This document shows positions 49,105 through 60,800 of a stretch of 64,000 nt of DNA, piece by piece (position 1 is the stretch's first letter; each line of letters starts with the position of its first letter). The notes under the pieces were generated by a model. The model searched no databases and was not told where the DNA came from. It worked only from the letters and a program-made list of their open reading frames with translations. The position numbers and the translations under genes were made by a program. The DNA comes from Patescibacteria group bacterium UBA3466 (GTDB taxonomy: Bacteria > Patescibacteriota > Minisyncoccia > Phycocordibacterales > UBA918). The stretch is from contig DFRJ01000004.1 in the NCBI GenBank assembly GCA_002378195.1, positions 25,073-89,072 of the forward strand, given 5' to 3'.

Positions 49105-50079
49105 TTAGGTCTCAACTTCTTTACGAGCTTTATAATTTGCATAAGTCACTACCAGTGGGCTGGCGATACAGATGGAAGAATAAGTTCCGGCTAACACGCC
49201 GGCAAACAAGATCAGGGCAAAGGTCTGAGTCACTGAGCCGCCGAGGAAAAACAGAGCGGCTAGAGTAACCAAAGTTGTGATAGACGTATTGATAGATCGA
49301 GCCAAAGTTTCTTGCACAGCTGATCCAACAATTTCGTCGTATGGCTTGTTGAGAGTGTAAGTGACCTCCTCTTTTACAATACCCGCTTCTTGTATCTCTT
49401 TTTTATGTTCGGTTCGATTATTTACCAGATTTTCTCGCACTCGATCAAACACCACGATAGTGTCATTGACTGAGTAACCCAATACGGCCAGAAGTGCCAT
49501 CACAAACAAGACATCAACTTCGACACCAAACAAATATCCAAGCACTGACATTAAAGCAGTCGGCACAATGACATCGTGAATCAAAACTAAAATAGTAATA
49601 CCGCCGTACGCCCATGAACTTACCGGTTTACCAATACCTGAGAAAGCGAACGCTACGTAAATTACGATAATAGACACCACTCCAAAAATAGCCCAACCTG
49701 CCTTATCTCGGAGTTCCTGTCCAATTACCGGCCCAATTGATGTAAAGCGTGTTACCTCTCCCCCTTCACCTAAAGCAACGACGACACCTTGCACAGACTC
49801 TCTTTCTGGCTCGGTCAAATCTCTAGTCCTAATAAGATAAGCTTCGCGATCCACATCATCAATTGACTCACGAACTGAGATACCGCCAAGCTCAAGTGCG
49901 GCCAAAGCTTCTTCGACTTCCACTTTCTCTGGTGCTGTTTCGTAAGCCACTTCAGTAAGTGAACCGCCTGTGAAATCAATACCAAGGTTAAGGCCCAGAG
50001 TAGCCACCAACAAAATACTCACCGCCATTACAGCTGTCGCGATGGTGAGAAAGATTTTTTTGTGAGTAATTGCAAACAT
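49105..50079 (-). CDS. secF: Protein translocase subunit SecF
   Basis: LGIDFTGGS, IGPVIG, HDV, GYSVNDTIVVFDRVRE, RSINTS, GTYSSI; start moved to ATG 50079. Confidence 0.95.
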   Translation of the reverse strand: MFAITHKKIFLTIATAVMAVSILLVATLGLNLGIDFTGGSLTEVAYETAPEKVEVEEALAALELGGISVRESIDDVDREAYLIRTRDLTEPERESVQGVVVALGEGGEVTRFTSIGPVIGQELRDKAGWAIFGVVSIIVIYVAFAFSGIGKPVSSWAYGGITILVLIHDVIVPTALMSVLGYLFGVEVDVLFVMALLAVLGYSVNDTIVVFDRVRENLVNNRTEHKKEIQEAGIVKEEVTYTLNKPYDEIVGSAVQETLARSINTSITTLVTLAALFFLGGSVTQTFALILFAGVLAGTYSSICIASPLVVTYANYKARKEVET

Positions 50080-50080
50080 A

Positions 50081-51568
50081 TTATTTTTTCGCTTTGTTAG
50101 AACTGTCGCCAGTTTTGATGCCACATCCAATTAGCTTAGCCATCAATGTTCCTTGCCTCTCTTTTACGTCTGGCAGCATCAGCAATAAAGTTCTAGTAAT
50201 TACCAGGGCTGAAAACATAGATACGATAATTCCGATCCCAAACACTAGAGCAAACCCCTTCACCATTGAGGTTCCGAACCAAAACAAAATAATAGCAGAA
50301 AGTAAGCTGGTGATATTACCGTCTCTAATGGCACTCCAAGCGCGCTTGAAGCCTGAAAAGGCTGCTTCTCGACTAGACAGCCCGCTACGGTACTCTTCCT
50401 TCATTCTTTCAAATACCAACACATTTGCATCTACCGCCATCCCGAGAGAAAGCACAAAACCAGCCAACCCAGCGGCAGTTAAGGTGACTGGTATTAGTTG
50501 GAATAAGGCCAACATAATAGTTATGTAAGACAACAGCGCTACTCCTGCAACCAGTCCTGGCAATCGATACCAAGCGACCATAAACAGCAACACCAATGAC
50601 AAGCCAAACACCCCAGCCTTTACGCCACTTTGTAACACTTCTTCACCCAACGAAGCGCCGACCGTCTGCGTACTCTGCAATTCAATCGGCAAAGGTAGGG
50701 CCCCGAAGCTTAGATTCTGCGCCAACTCGCGAGCAGTCTCTGGCGTAAAGCTACCAGAAATAATCGCTGTACCACCCACAATTGGCTCATTTATGACCGG
50801 TGCGGACAGAAGGTCACCATCGAGAAAAATACCTAACTGCTCTCCTACGTTGTCTCGTGTAATTTGTGCAAATAGTTTTGATCCTTCGGGTGTAAACCGG
50901 ACAGACACTAGTGGCTCACCCGCCACTCGCCCGCTTTGCTGACCGGCAAACTCAAGCATGGCAGTCTCAAGATAACGACCAGTCAAACCAGTATCTTCAA
51001 AGGGGTACTCTTCATCTGAAACCGATTCGCCATTGATAGTTACATTATCAATCGAAATAGTAGAAGAGCTGCTGTCTTCAGATTCTGACAGTGAGCTCAG
51101 ACTAGCGATTGCTGCTTGCTGTTCAGCCAGTTCCTCTGAATACAACTTAAACTCTAATAGCGGCGTACGGCCAATTTCTGCTACTGCCTCCCCGACATCT
51201 GTTACCCCTGGCAGTTCTACCACCAATCTCTCAGTAGCCGTTTCACTAACCGCGCTACTACTTTCCACTTGTACAATTGGTTCAGATACACCGAAAATAT
51301 TCACCCGCCTCTCAATCACATCACGAAGCACGTTCATCAGCTCGTCTACTTCTGTTGGTTCGACTCCAGAAGTATCAGCTACGTACACTAAGTGCGAGCC
51401 CCCAGCCAGATCTAGTCCGAGTTTGAAGGGATTGGCTGAGTCTGGATCGGTGGCGTTCTGGTAGACTGTCATTGCCAGCCAAGTCAAAACTCCCACCAAC
51501 AACAAACCACGAAACCACCTCACGATCGACTGAGTTTGTTCTGCTGTAACTTGTTCGGAGTCTGACAT
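50081..51568 (-). CDS. secD: Protein translocase subunit SecD
   Basis: KLGLDLAGG, RVNIFGVSEP, GALPLP, GMAVDANVLVFERMKEE, DGN. Confidence 0.95.
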   Translation of the reverse strand: MSDSEQVTAEQTQSIVRWFRGLLLVGVLTWLAMTVYQNATDPDSANPFKLGLDLAGGSHLVYVADTSGVEPTEVDELMNVLRDVIERRVNIFGVSEPIVQVESSSAVSETATERLVVELPGVTDVGEAVAEIGRTPLLEFKLYSEELAEQQAAIASLSSLSESEDSSSSTISIDNVTINGESVSDEEYPFEDTGLTGRYLETAMLEFAGQQSGRVAGEPLVSVRFTPEGSKLFAQITRDNVGEQLGIFLDGDLLSAPVINEPIVGGTAIISGSFTPETARELAQNLSFGALPLPIELQSTQTVGASLGEEVLQSGVKAGVFGLSLVLLFMVAWYRLPGLVAGVALLSYITIMLALFQLIPVTLTAAGLAGFVLSLGMAVDANVLVFERMKEEYRSGLSSREAAFSGFKRAWSAIRDGNITSLLSAIILFWFGTSMVKGFALVFGIGIIVSMFSALVITRTLLLMLPDVKERQGTLMAKLIGCGIKTGDSSNKAKK

Positions 51569-51642
51569 ATTTATGTAGATACTTTTATACCATAGGTACC
51601 GCTATTCAACACGCTATTCATACCTATTTTATGTTTTATATT

Positions 51643-52428
51643 TTACTTTACCAGCGCCACCAAATTCTTCAGCAAATAAGCCACAGTGATCGGACCAATC
51701 CCACCAGGAACCGGTGTTACCAATGCCGCTTTTGATACCACTGCCGGACTTACATCCCCGACCAACTCTCCACCATCCTCGGAGGTGCCGGCGTCAAAAA
51801 TAACCACCCCACTTTTAACGTCATCATAATCAATCAGGTTTGGCACCCCTACTCCACTGATAATAATATCGGCCTCAGCTAATTGACTGCTATCAAAATT
51901 TTCTTTATTAAAAATAGATACGACTGACCCTCTCTGCTTGGCATACTGAATAGCTGGCACTCCTACCAACCTGCCCTCACCAATGATTGCCACTTGTTTC
52001 CCTGCCCACTCAACACCATAGCGGAGACTGATCTCATCAATAGCACCGATCACTGGTGAAAGACAGGCACCTTTTTCTCCATAACGAAAACCGTCCGGGT
52101 CTTTTTCTAACGGCACTGCCGCCAATACCTCATCTCGGTCTACTTTGGGCGGTAATGGCAACTGCACCACGATACCATCTGTCTCTTTGGCAACCTGACT
52201 AATACAGTCAATGAAATCGTCAGTACTAGATTCAGACGGCATCTCAATAACGTTGAGATGAATACCCACCGAAGCGGCTTTTTGCTTCTTCATGTCTAAA
52301 TATTTTTGCGTCTCAAAATTGGGCGCACAAGTAATAGCAGCCAACTTTAGAGGTCGTTCTAATCTTGATACCGCCTCGGACACTTGCATTGTCAAATCAG
52401 AAGCGATTTTCTTACCTTCTACCAACAT
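51643..52428 (-). CDS. folD: Bifunctional methylene-THF dehydrogenase/cyclohydrolase
   Basis: YLDMK, GIVVQLPLP, KDPDG, GDV, TPVPGGIGPITV; start moved to ATG 52428. Confidence 0.92.
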   Translation of the reverse strand: MLVEGKKIASDLTMQVSEAVSRLERPLKLAAITCAPNFETQKYLDMKKQKAASVGIHLNVIEMPSESSTDDFIDCISQVAKETDGIVVQLPLPPKVDRDEVLAAVPLEKDPDGFRYGEKGACLSPVIGAIDEISLRYGVEWAGKQVAIIGEGRLVGVPAIQYAKQRGSVVSIFNKENFDSSQLAEADIIISGVGVPNLIDYDDVKSGVVIFDAGTSEDGGELVGDVSPAVVSKAALVTPVPGGIGPITVAYLLKNLVALVK

Positions 52429-52489
52429 GATGTGACGAGTATAACAAATTAACTCCAAACCAAAAGAGCAACCGGGCTTGAAGTATTAC

Positions 52490-53842
52490 TTAAGTGCCAG
52501 TCCGCATGATGATGGTAGACAAGGTTTTTATAGCAATCTGAATATCAAGCAGAAGAGACCTTCGCTCCAAGTAGAACAGATCGTAGGACAGTTTAGAAAT
52601 AGTTCGCTCTACATCCACCCCACCACGCGGCACATCGTAATTATTAATCTGCGCCCAGCCAGACAAACCAGGCTTCAAAAAATGTCTGGTGTTGTAATAC
52701 GGAATCTCTTTTGTATATACATCCACCAGCGCTGGCATTTCTGGTCGAGGACCAATGAAAGACAAATCACCCTTTAGCACATTAAATAATTGAGGTAGTT
52801 CATCTAAGCGAGTTTTGCGTAAAAAAATTCCCACCTTCGTATCTACCAAATCGCTCTTCAGTGCCTGACTGCCGACATCAGCGCCATTTTTAGTGCGAAA
52901 TTTATAGATAGTAATTGGCACTCCGAACTGACCGATACGCTTAGTGGTATAAAACAACTGGCCTCGGTCTTCAATTTTAATAGCTGCCGCTACAAACGGT
53001 AGCGCCAAAGCTGCCGGTATGGCTAAAGCAATCGCTCCACATATATCAATAGTCCGTTTGACGACATCGTAAATCGCGGTCTTAGATTGTGAAATATTGG
53101 TAATAAACCACTCATACTGCAGCATGGAGACTGGCACACGATCAAACGTATCTTCATACAATCGATTGAAGTCTAAAAATGTAAAAGCAAAATGCAAAAA
53201 CGACAGATCAAACAGAACTGGAAGGAAATTTTTAATCGAATCACCTCTTGGGTCTACCACAACTAACTCAATTTTTTCTCGCTCCATCAATGATAAAATC
53301 TTTTGTTCAAAATTTTCTGTCGACTTAATCACCTCTTCATCAATAATGCGGGTAAAATAATAATTATATCGGTCGTTATTATTTATTTCGTCAGTCAATT
53401 CAATCGCCTCTTTTCCATCTGCAATCAAAATCGCTTTATGCCTCTGCTTAGCAGACAGTAATGGCACCAACCTGATCCTCCACACGGTCAGAAGTAAAAT
53501 TGAAATAACCAAATAAATGATTAGGTTGGTTTTTGGTGTGATTCCAAAAGGCAAAATGAAGAATAATATTCCGGCCACCACCACATTAATTAGTTGGGCT
53601 TGTAGAATTTTTGAGACTAGAGATTTCTTAAGAAAATTGGTGTGCTTATCATAAAGTCCGGAGATAAAGAAAATCACTAACCAAACTGCTGAGAAAGTTA
53701 AAAATGGTGGAACATGATTATCCAAACGCTCAACTGTCGGCAATTCAAAATAACGTAAAAACAGCGTCATCCACAGCGCCAAGTTAAATACGATTATGTC
53801 TCCTGCTATCAGGATAAAGAGTTCTCTGGCTCTTTCACCCAT
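52490..53842 (-). CDS. Initiating sugar transferase (undecaprenyl-phosphate glycosylphosphotransferase, WbaP/WcaJ family)
   Basis: N-terminal TM helices; KRTIDI, YKFRT, RLDELPQL, IGPRPE, KPGLSGWAQ, YDLFY. Confidence 0.92.
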   Translation of the reverse strand: MGERARELFILIAGDIIVFNLALWMTLFLRYFELPTVERLDNHVPPFLTFSAVWLVIFFISGLYDKHTNFLKKSLVSKILQAQLINVVVAGILFFILPFGITPKTNLIIYLVISILLLTVWRIRLVPLLSAKQRHKAILIADGKEAIELTDEINNNDRYNYYFTRIIDEEVIKSTENFEQKILSLMEREKIELVVVDPRGDSIKNFLPVLFDLSFLHFAFTFLDFNRLYEDTFDRVPVSMLQYEWFITNISQSKTAIYDVVKRTIDICGAIALAIPAALALPFVAAAIKIEDRGQLFYTTKRIGQFGVPITIYKFRTKNGADVGSQALKSDLVDTKVGIFLRKTRLDELPQLFNVLKGDLSFIGPRPEMPALVDVYTKEIPYYNTRHFLKPGLSGWAQINNYDVPRGGVDVERTISKLSYDLFYLERRSLLLDIQIAIKTLSTIIMRTGT

Positions 53843-53959
53843 AATTTAAATATTGTGCCTAAATCCTACCTGAGATCGTTCGAATAGCAAGCCTAAATAG
53901 GTAGGTGATAGCTATCTATCTAACTATTTATCAATATATTATGTTACAACTAATAAACC

Positions 53960-54082
53960 ATGGCAGAAAAACCGTCTATCTTATATCTTATTACCAAGAG
54001 TAACTGCGGGCTGAGAAGACGTGGGGCGCCTTCTCAGTTGTACACCCCAGTTGCCACCAACCCAGTAACACAAGCAATATGA
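53960..54082 (+). other. 40-aa upstream ORF duplicating the N-terminus of the downstream glycosyltransferase
   Basis: MAEKPSILYLITKSNCGLRRRGAPSQLYTPVATNPVTQAI*; its stop overlaps the downstream ATG (ATGA). Confidence 0.5.
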
Positions 54083-55230
54083 CAAGCCAGGATCGAACAA
54101 GCATTTTGTACCTTATTACCAAGAGCAACTGGGGTGGCGCGCAAAAATATGTTTTTGATCTAGCGGTCGCTGCGAAAGCACAAGGGTACGAAGTATCCGT
54201 AGCGTGCGGCATGAGCGAATTCGACAGCGCACAGCCAGGTCCGCTGGTCGCAAAACTTAGACAACAAGGCATCCCGGTGCATTTTGTTTCCAGCTTCAAT
54301 AGAGATATTTCTATTTTTAATGATTTCAGAGCTTGTTTTGAAATCATATCTCTGATCAGAAAAATAAAACCGGACGTATTACACATCAACAGCTCAAAGG
54401 CTGGCGGGATCGGTGCTTTGGCTGGACGACTCACTCGGTTACCAAAAATTATCTTTACCTCGCACGGCCTCCCTTCCGATGAAACCTGGCGCCCAGCTTG
54501 GCAAATAAAACTTATACGACTAGCCACTTGGCTGACTATCGTTTTGTCGCACCACATCATTACTATTTCTACTCCTAATTTTAATGAATTAAAAAGTATC
54601 CGTGGAGCCACCAATAAACTAAGCCTGATTCACAACGGAGTGTCTGCTGTAGCGTTTATTGATAAAGCCAAGGCTAGAAAAGAATTAGCTCCCCAGGTTC
54701 CGCCACGCGCTTTCTGGTTTGGCGGTATTGGAGAGTTGTGTGAAAACAAAAACTGGTCGGCAGCTATCAAGGCGGTGTCAGCCCTACCAGACAAAATACA
54801 CCTAGTAATAGTTGGTGAGGGCGACCAAAGAACGGAACTAGAAAAACTGATTATTAAACTTAATCTGTCAGACCGGGTACATTTATTGGGCTTTGTCGAC
54901 GCGGCCAAATATATTCAGGCCTTTGATGTATTTATTTTACCCTCAAAAAAAGAGGGTCTGCCCTACGTACTACTGGAAGCCGGGATGGCCAGTCTAGCGG
55001 TAGTGGCGAGTGATTTGCCAGGTAATCGCGATATTATTGAATCAGGTCAGAGCGGTTTTTTAATCACTCCCACCCCTGAACTTATAAGCACTACCGTGCA
55101 TATGCTGTTTCGGGACGAAGGCATGCGCCGTAGTATTGGTGAACAACTTAGAGAAACTATCGATCATAAATTCTCAACCAAGGAAATGCTACAAAAAACC
55201 TTGGCGCTCTACTCTTCTAACAAATCTTGA
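54079..55230 (+). CDS. GT4 family glycosyltransferase
   Basis: ITKSNWGGAQ, HINSSKAG, SKKEGLPYVLLEAG. Confidence 0.92.
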   Translation: MTSQDRTSILYLITKSNWGGAQKYVFDLAVAAKAQGYEVSVACGMSEFDSAQPGPLVAKLRQQGIPVHFVSSFNRDISIFNDFRACFEIISLIRKIKPDVLHINSSKAGGIGALAGRLTRLPKIIFTSHGLPSDETWRPAWQIKLIRLATWLTIVLSHHIITISTPNFNELKSIRGATNKLSLIHNGVSAVAFIDKAKARKELAPQVPPRAFWFGGIGELCENKNWSAAIKAVSALPDKIHLVIVGEGDQRTELEKLIIKLNLSDRVHLLGFVDAAKYIQAFDVFILPSKKEGLPYVLLEAGMASLAVVASDLPGNRDIIESGQSGFLITPTPELISTTVHMLFRDEGMRRSIGEQLRETIDHKFSTKEMLQKTLALYSSNKS

Positions 55231-56327
55231 GCTTGGTATGTAATGGGAGCATAGCGACCCATCCCCATCACCATACCGATAGCCAAAAACTCGGTGATTA
55301 AGTGAGTTCCGCCGTAACTCAAAAACGGAATCGTGGTTCCGGTGACCGGCAACAAACCAATGTTCATACCGATATGAACAAAAAAGTGCGCCACTAGAAG
55401 CATGCACACGCCCGAAGCAAATAGTCGTTCAAAGTTTGTGTCACCATTAACGGCATGGCGTAACAACCGAAAAACCACTACTCCGAACAAAGAAAATAAC
55501 AAAATAACCCCCAACATACCCCACTCTTCGGCAAAGGCAGCGAAAATAAAGTCTGTCTCGTACTCTGGCAAGAACAGAAGCTTTGACTGAGTACCAAACC
55601 CGATCCCCTTGCCCAGCAATTCTCCTGAGCCGATAGCCACGGTAGACTGATAGGCGTTATACCCCGCCCCTTGAATATCAGACAAAGGATCCAGAAAAGT
55701 AGCGATTCTTTCCTTTTGATAATCAAAAAACACAAACTGCCACATTAATCCAAACACCAGTGATCCAAGCAAAAACACTGTGACTAAATGTCTTAGCTTA
55801 ATACCAGAAACCAAAACCATTCCCAGCCAAACAAAAAATAGAATCACGGCCGATCCAAAGTCTGGCTGAATAAAGACCAAACCAAAAATTGCTAAGGCGT
55901 AAATGCCCGAGATTATAATATGGCGAAAGTCACCGATTAGCTCATGGCGCTTGGCAAAATATTTAGCCAAGACGATTATCAAAACTAGCTTAGCGGGCTC
56001 CGAAGGCTGGAAGGAAAAAGCCCCTAAGTCAAAACGGCTCTGAGCTCCCAAGGTGATCTCACCAAACAAAAGCACCAACACAAGAAGACTCACTGTGATA
56101 ACGAACAATATGAAAGCATTATTCCCCATCCGCAAGAAGCGGTAGTCTGGAATAATAGACAAAAACAGTACCGCGGAAGAAATAGTTATCCAGATAAGCT
56201 GCTGATTAAAAAAAGTATTCTCACCAACATGAGAGTACATAGTTACCAAACCCATCAGCGTCAGACCTAGAACACCCAAAAAAAGTACAATATCAAAACC
56301 AGCAAAGAGTGTCCTGAGTTGCCCCAT
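55209..56327 (-). CDS. rodA: FtsW/RodA/SpoVE (SEDS) family protein, RodA-like
   Basis: GAQSRF, FQPSEPAK, QPDFGS, GYN..QS, FLPEYETDFIF, PFLSYGG; start moved to ATG 56327. Confidence 0.85.
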   Translation of the reverse strand: MGQLRTLFAGFDIVLFLGVLGLTLMGLVTMYSHVGENTFFNQQLIWITISSAVLFLSIIPDYRFLRMGNNAFILFVITVSLLVLVLLFGEITLGAQSRFDLGAFSFQPSEPAKLVLIIVLAKYFAKRHELIGDFRHIIISGIYALAIFGLVFIQPDFGSAVILFFVWLGMVLVSGIKLRHLVTVFLLGSLVFGLMWQFVFFDYQKERIATFLDPLSDIQGAGYNAYQSTVAIGSGELLGKGIGFGTQSKLLFLPEYETDFIFAAFAEEWGMLGVILLFSLFGVVVFRLLRHAVNGDTNFERLFASGVCMLLVAHFFVHIGMNIGLLPVTGTTIPFLSYGGTHLITEFLAIGMVMGMGRYAPITYQAQDLLEE

Positions 56328-56410
56328 AATTTGTGTATTGTACTGCAGTTTTAAAACAGACGTAACTTGTCTCAACCTAAGATCGTGACGTAGCCCACTA
56401 ACTAACGTGA

Positions 56411-57796
56411 TTATTTTACCTCAGCAAAATTAACTACTGGCTTGGCAAACACTTCTATCTTAGTTGGCCCCACCTCACACAAATCGGTACTGATTTCGCT
56501 ATAAATACGACTAAGGTCAGCAGCCGAAGGTGCCAAATAGGCATTAGTTGGATCTGAGGCCACCTGTTCGATAAAAGCTTTGTTTACATTATCGCCCAAT
56601 CCAATGGTATAGATTTCTACTCCCCCGTCACTAATCATACTAGCGTCTGCTGCCACAGCTGCCTGCAGCTCCTCTGTGTCTCTGTCATCTGCGGTTGGTA
56701 GGCCGTCAGTTAGAAGTACCAACACCCTACGAGCATTGTCGTTATGGCGCAAAGATGAGAGTTCGACATTTCCCGCCTCAAGAGCTGATTGAGTATTGGT
56801 AAAGCCAGTTTCTTCAGTTGGATCTATCTGCAGCTCAGCCAGCTTGCCAATCACATTAGTTTTATCAGCGCTCAATTCTTGTGCCAGACTAGCGGCTGAA
56901 GCAAAGGTCACCACTCCAATTTGATCAGATTCGTTATTCAAATTATCGACAAAATTAGCCGCGGCCTCAAGCGCTTTCGTGATGGGTTGAGGCGGATCTC
57001 CACCATCGTTATTCATACTTCCTGACAGATCAATCGCCATCACTACATCAGTTGGTACTTCGCAGCTCCGTACGGTTTTTGAAATCGGATTAGGCCAAGT
57101 AAAAACTACGTCTACTGATGACCTTGATCCGATGCTTTCAACATAAGTTTGAGAGGCGGTGACGGCCTGGCCAGCATCGTTAAAAATAGTAGCCACCACC
57201 TCGACATTATTGACCGCCTCCAGCTCATCGTTTGATATTTCGACATTTAGGCGTGGGCGATCATCTACTCCTGACAATTCAATATTACTAGAACGGAACT
57301 GGTTACGATTAAATGACGCTGGCAACCAATAGCCTGACGGCGTAAGCTCCGCCTCGACCCTTACCACTTCCACATCGCTTGCGGTCAGGATGCGCCCCTC
57401 AAAAACTGGCAAAACGGCATTGGGAGGTAAAGCCACCACACCAGAACGCTCCGCCACTACTCGATCTGACTCATCATAAAGTAAAAAGGTATACTCTAAA
57501 TCACTATCCCCTTCGGTTTGATTGGGGTTTTCTATATAGGCGGTCACGTTATATTGACCAGGGTTTATAGCAAAAGCTTCTACCCAAGCCACCTGTGGAG
57601 GCAGCACATCAGCCTGACACACCCGCACGCACTCCCCGCCACAATCAACCCCTCTCTCCAAACCATTCAACACTCCATCAAAACAGTTTGGAGGTTGGTA
57701 GAAATTGGTGTAATACACCAAAGACACCAGCATAAATGTAAACAAGCCAAAGCCAGTGCCGTATTGTACTCTTCGCCAGAAAGCCCAGGTTCTCAT
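56411..57796 (-). CDS. Membrane-anchored protein with C-terminal vWA domain
   Basis: N-terminal TM helix, CFDG..NG.E.GVDCGG.C motif, MIDAS DLSGSM, LLTDG, YTIGLG. Confidence 0.85.
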   Translation of the reverse strand: MRTWAFWRRVQYGTGFGLFTFMLVSLVYYTNFYQPPNCFDGVLNGLERGVDCGGECVRVCQADVLPPQVAWVEAFAINPGQYNVTAYIENPNQTEGDSDLEYTFLLYDESDRVVAERSGVVALPPNAVLPVFEGRILTASDVEVVRVEAELTPSGYWLPASFNRNQFRSSNIELSGVDDRPRLNVEISNDELEAVNNVEVVATIFNDAGQAVTASQTYVESIGSRSSVDVVFTWPNPISKTVRSCEVPTDVVMAIDLSGSMNNDGGDPPQPITKALEAAANFVDNLNNESDQIGVVTFASAASLAQELSADKTNVIGKLAELQIDPTEETGFTNTQSALEAGNVELSSLRHNDNARRVLVLLTDGLPTADDRDTEELQAAVAADASMISDGGVEIYTIGLGDNVNKAFIEQVASDPTNAYLAPSAADLSRIYSEISTDLCEVGPTKIEVFAKPVVNFAEVK

Positions 57797-57834
57797 AGAG
57801 ACATTGTATCAGACTATCTTTTTATAATGGTCGT

Positions 57835-60800
57835 TTAGATCTCTTGTATATCCGGAACAACTTCAACTGTAGCAATACTGCTGTAAACCACTCCAGTGAT
57901 TGGCTCGACACAACGCAGTTCATACTGACTAAAGTTTGTAACCGTTACGGTGATCGGGCTAGTGCTATTGTCGGTATTACCGCCAGCCGGGCCGTGACTA
58001 AAGCTAGTATCTATACCTGGTCCTTGTACCGTACAGTCAATCTCATACGCGGTCTCCAAATTCCAGCTCACATCAACATCTTGGCCGACTCTGGTAATCT
58101 GTGGGTCTGTGTTAATACCCATTGGAGGTGGAGGTGGATTGAGGACAAAAGTATCATTGAGAACATTGTTAGTACGATCGCTTTCACCCACCGCATCTAC
58201 TGCCTCATTATTTATCTCCCCTACTAAGGTGTAGCTACCAAACGGTACGTTGGTGAAGAAGTTGTCGGTACTAAATGACTCGCCGACTCCAACCGCGCTG
58301 TTATAACTTCCCAAACCGGAATCCAAAGCGTCGAGTCGGACGCGGTGCGGTACGCTACTGGCTCCAAAGCCTTCATTACCAGAGTTATTTACGTCCAATC
58401 TGATATTCACGTTGGCGTATACCCCTGTGACAGGATCTGCGCCGGAGTTAAACGGTGAGTAACCAAACGGGATCAGATCTATATAAAATGCGTCGCAAGT
58501 TTGAGTGTTGTTATTCCACACAAATCCTCCATCACAATCAGTGGTTACCGTAACGGTTTTATCACTATCCATGGTCAGATTACAGGTTGCCCCTGAACAA
58601 TCTCCAGAAAAGACAGTAGTAGCATCTGGTACAGAATTTACTGTCAGAGTGACCGATTCGTTTTCATCATATGTTTCAAGACAATCAACTGGGCAGCTAA
58701 TACCAGCTGGACTGGATGAAATAGTAATCAGATCACTGACCTCACCGGCGTTGGATACATTTAGATCATATCGTCCGACACAGGCGGTTCCGCTCCATAC
58801 AAAACCAAAGTTACAGTCATAAGTTGCGGTTACTGACTGAGCACCAGTCATTGTCACCACACACGAGTTGGTACCGGTGCAACCACCACTGAATACCGCG
58901 CTACCGTTCGCAATGTTAGCTGTTAAGTTCACTATAGAATTTTGAGTGTACGCTTCAGAACAATCATTGTTGGGAGGAGTCAGACCAGCTCCTTCACACA
59001 AGATACCTGAGTCGCCTGAAGTGGTCAGGCCGATTGAGCCAGCCAAACCATTATTATTTACATTCAGCACGTAAGTTGGTTCCGCGGCCACTGTAGTTAT
59101 CATACTGTCTACGCCAGTAGCCTCTCCGTCAAAGGCTGACAACCGAAACTCATAAGTACCGGCTGACATATCGCTAAAGGTAGGATTGAGAGTGGTGCCG
59201 TTAGTGATAGTTGGTAGCGACAAGCCAGTTCCTCCAATATAAGTCCAGTTAAATATCAGCGGGCTTGGACCATCAACGTCGGTAGCGGTACCGGTGGTCG
59301 ACGTGGCGCTCTCAGGCAACACCAGCGCTTTATCAGCACCAGCATTAACTACCGGAGTTTGATTAGGAGCATCACAAGTGAAACTCTCTGAGGCATCAGA
59401 ACTACAGCTGCCAGAACCGTTACAAGCTTCGACCCATACTCGATAACTATTACCAATTGTACCGGTAGCGTTATACGGATCAGACACGAGGCCATCAATA
59501 CAAATGTCGCCAGCGTTTGGACTCACACATGAACCATTCCAACCATTAGCTGTTTCATCATCGAGACGGAAATTGTAGCTAGCCGCCCCGACAGAGCTAA
59601 AGTTCACCTCAATACTACCAGCATCACAAGTAGCATTGACAGCCGGTGCCAAAGGCACTGGGTCGGGATCAAGGTAGGGTGCTGAACAGAGAGCCTCATG
59701 TTGCCAGCCCCAACCAAAAGGTGAGAAAAATCCGCACGACCAATCATAATCTCCCTGCTGGGGTGGCTCGTTATAGTCGAAGCCATAAAAACACCAACCT
59801 GGCGAAAAGCCGCATGGGCCATAATTTGCAACACCGTCTTTATCGGCAGTAGCAATAATTGACCAGTGCGGGCTTGGGTTTGCGCTGCCAGAAGTACAGC
59901 GCTGTCCGGCAGTTGGCCACGCAGAAGTTGGCACACCCGCAGCAGCACCACACTCAGCTGGTGGAGCCGGGGCCGGTCCTCCTCCACTGTCATAATTGGC
60001 CGTACAGCGGGCCGCCGGATCTCCTGACCCTGACACAAAGCAAGACCACTCATATTCATCGCCATTTCTTACGGCCCCACCGCCCAAGACAGCCGCTCCG
60101 GCCGAGCACAAATTGGAAGTAGGTACTGAAGTATAAGTTCCGCCAGCGGCTGATCCACAAGCGGCTGGTGCTGGGGTGTCAGACTGACAACTACTCCCAT
60201 TCCACGAAAAGCCGGTGTTACAACTAAACTCACAGGCTCGACTCGTGTCGCTTGATGAATGTTCCCAACTTAAGGTTGCGGTGGTGGTCGTATCGCCAGG
60301 ATGAGCAGTACCGTTGCTTGGCACGCCCCCCTGACAAGAGGGGCTAGAAACAAACGCATTACATACTTCTGAAGAACCAGTCCCTTGCCCTAGACAGCTC
60401 CACTGCCACAGGCCACCTAACTGCGTAATACTTGAGTTTCCGCCATTGCTAATACATAAATCTGGATCTCCGACCGGTGCCGCTGAGTAGCTTTTGTTAA
60501 TGGCATTTCCACACTGACCATCAGAGTTGGCACTTTTTGAGAGCGTACACTGAGTAGCGCTAGTGTTTGCTCCCCCGTTGTAGCCATTACATCCCCAGCG
60601 ATATTCAGTTGTCGTGTCTCCTGCTAGTCCAGCGTTTACTACCGTATTGTATGGACTACCAGTCTCACAAGTGTCTAAAACAGACGGGCTACTACACTGA
60701 CCGACGTAGGCGCGATCAGCACTACAAGCAGCATCGCTTCCACCACCAGCCCCCTCACAAGTCCAAGTCCAGCCATCAAGATCGCCGCTCCAACCAGTCA

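Noticed and set aside
53991-54614. 207-aa minus-strand ORF
   Set aside because: It is an antisense shadow of the clearly recognisable GT4 gene.
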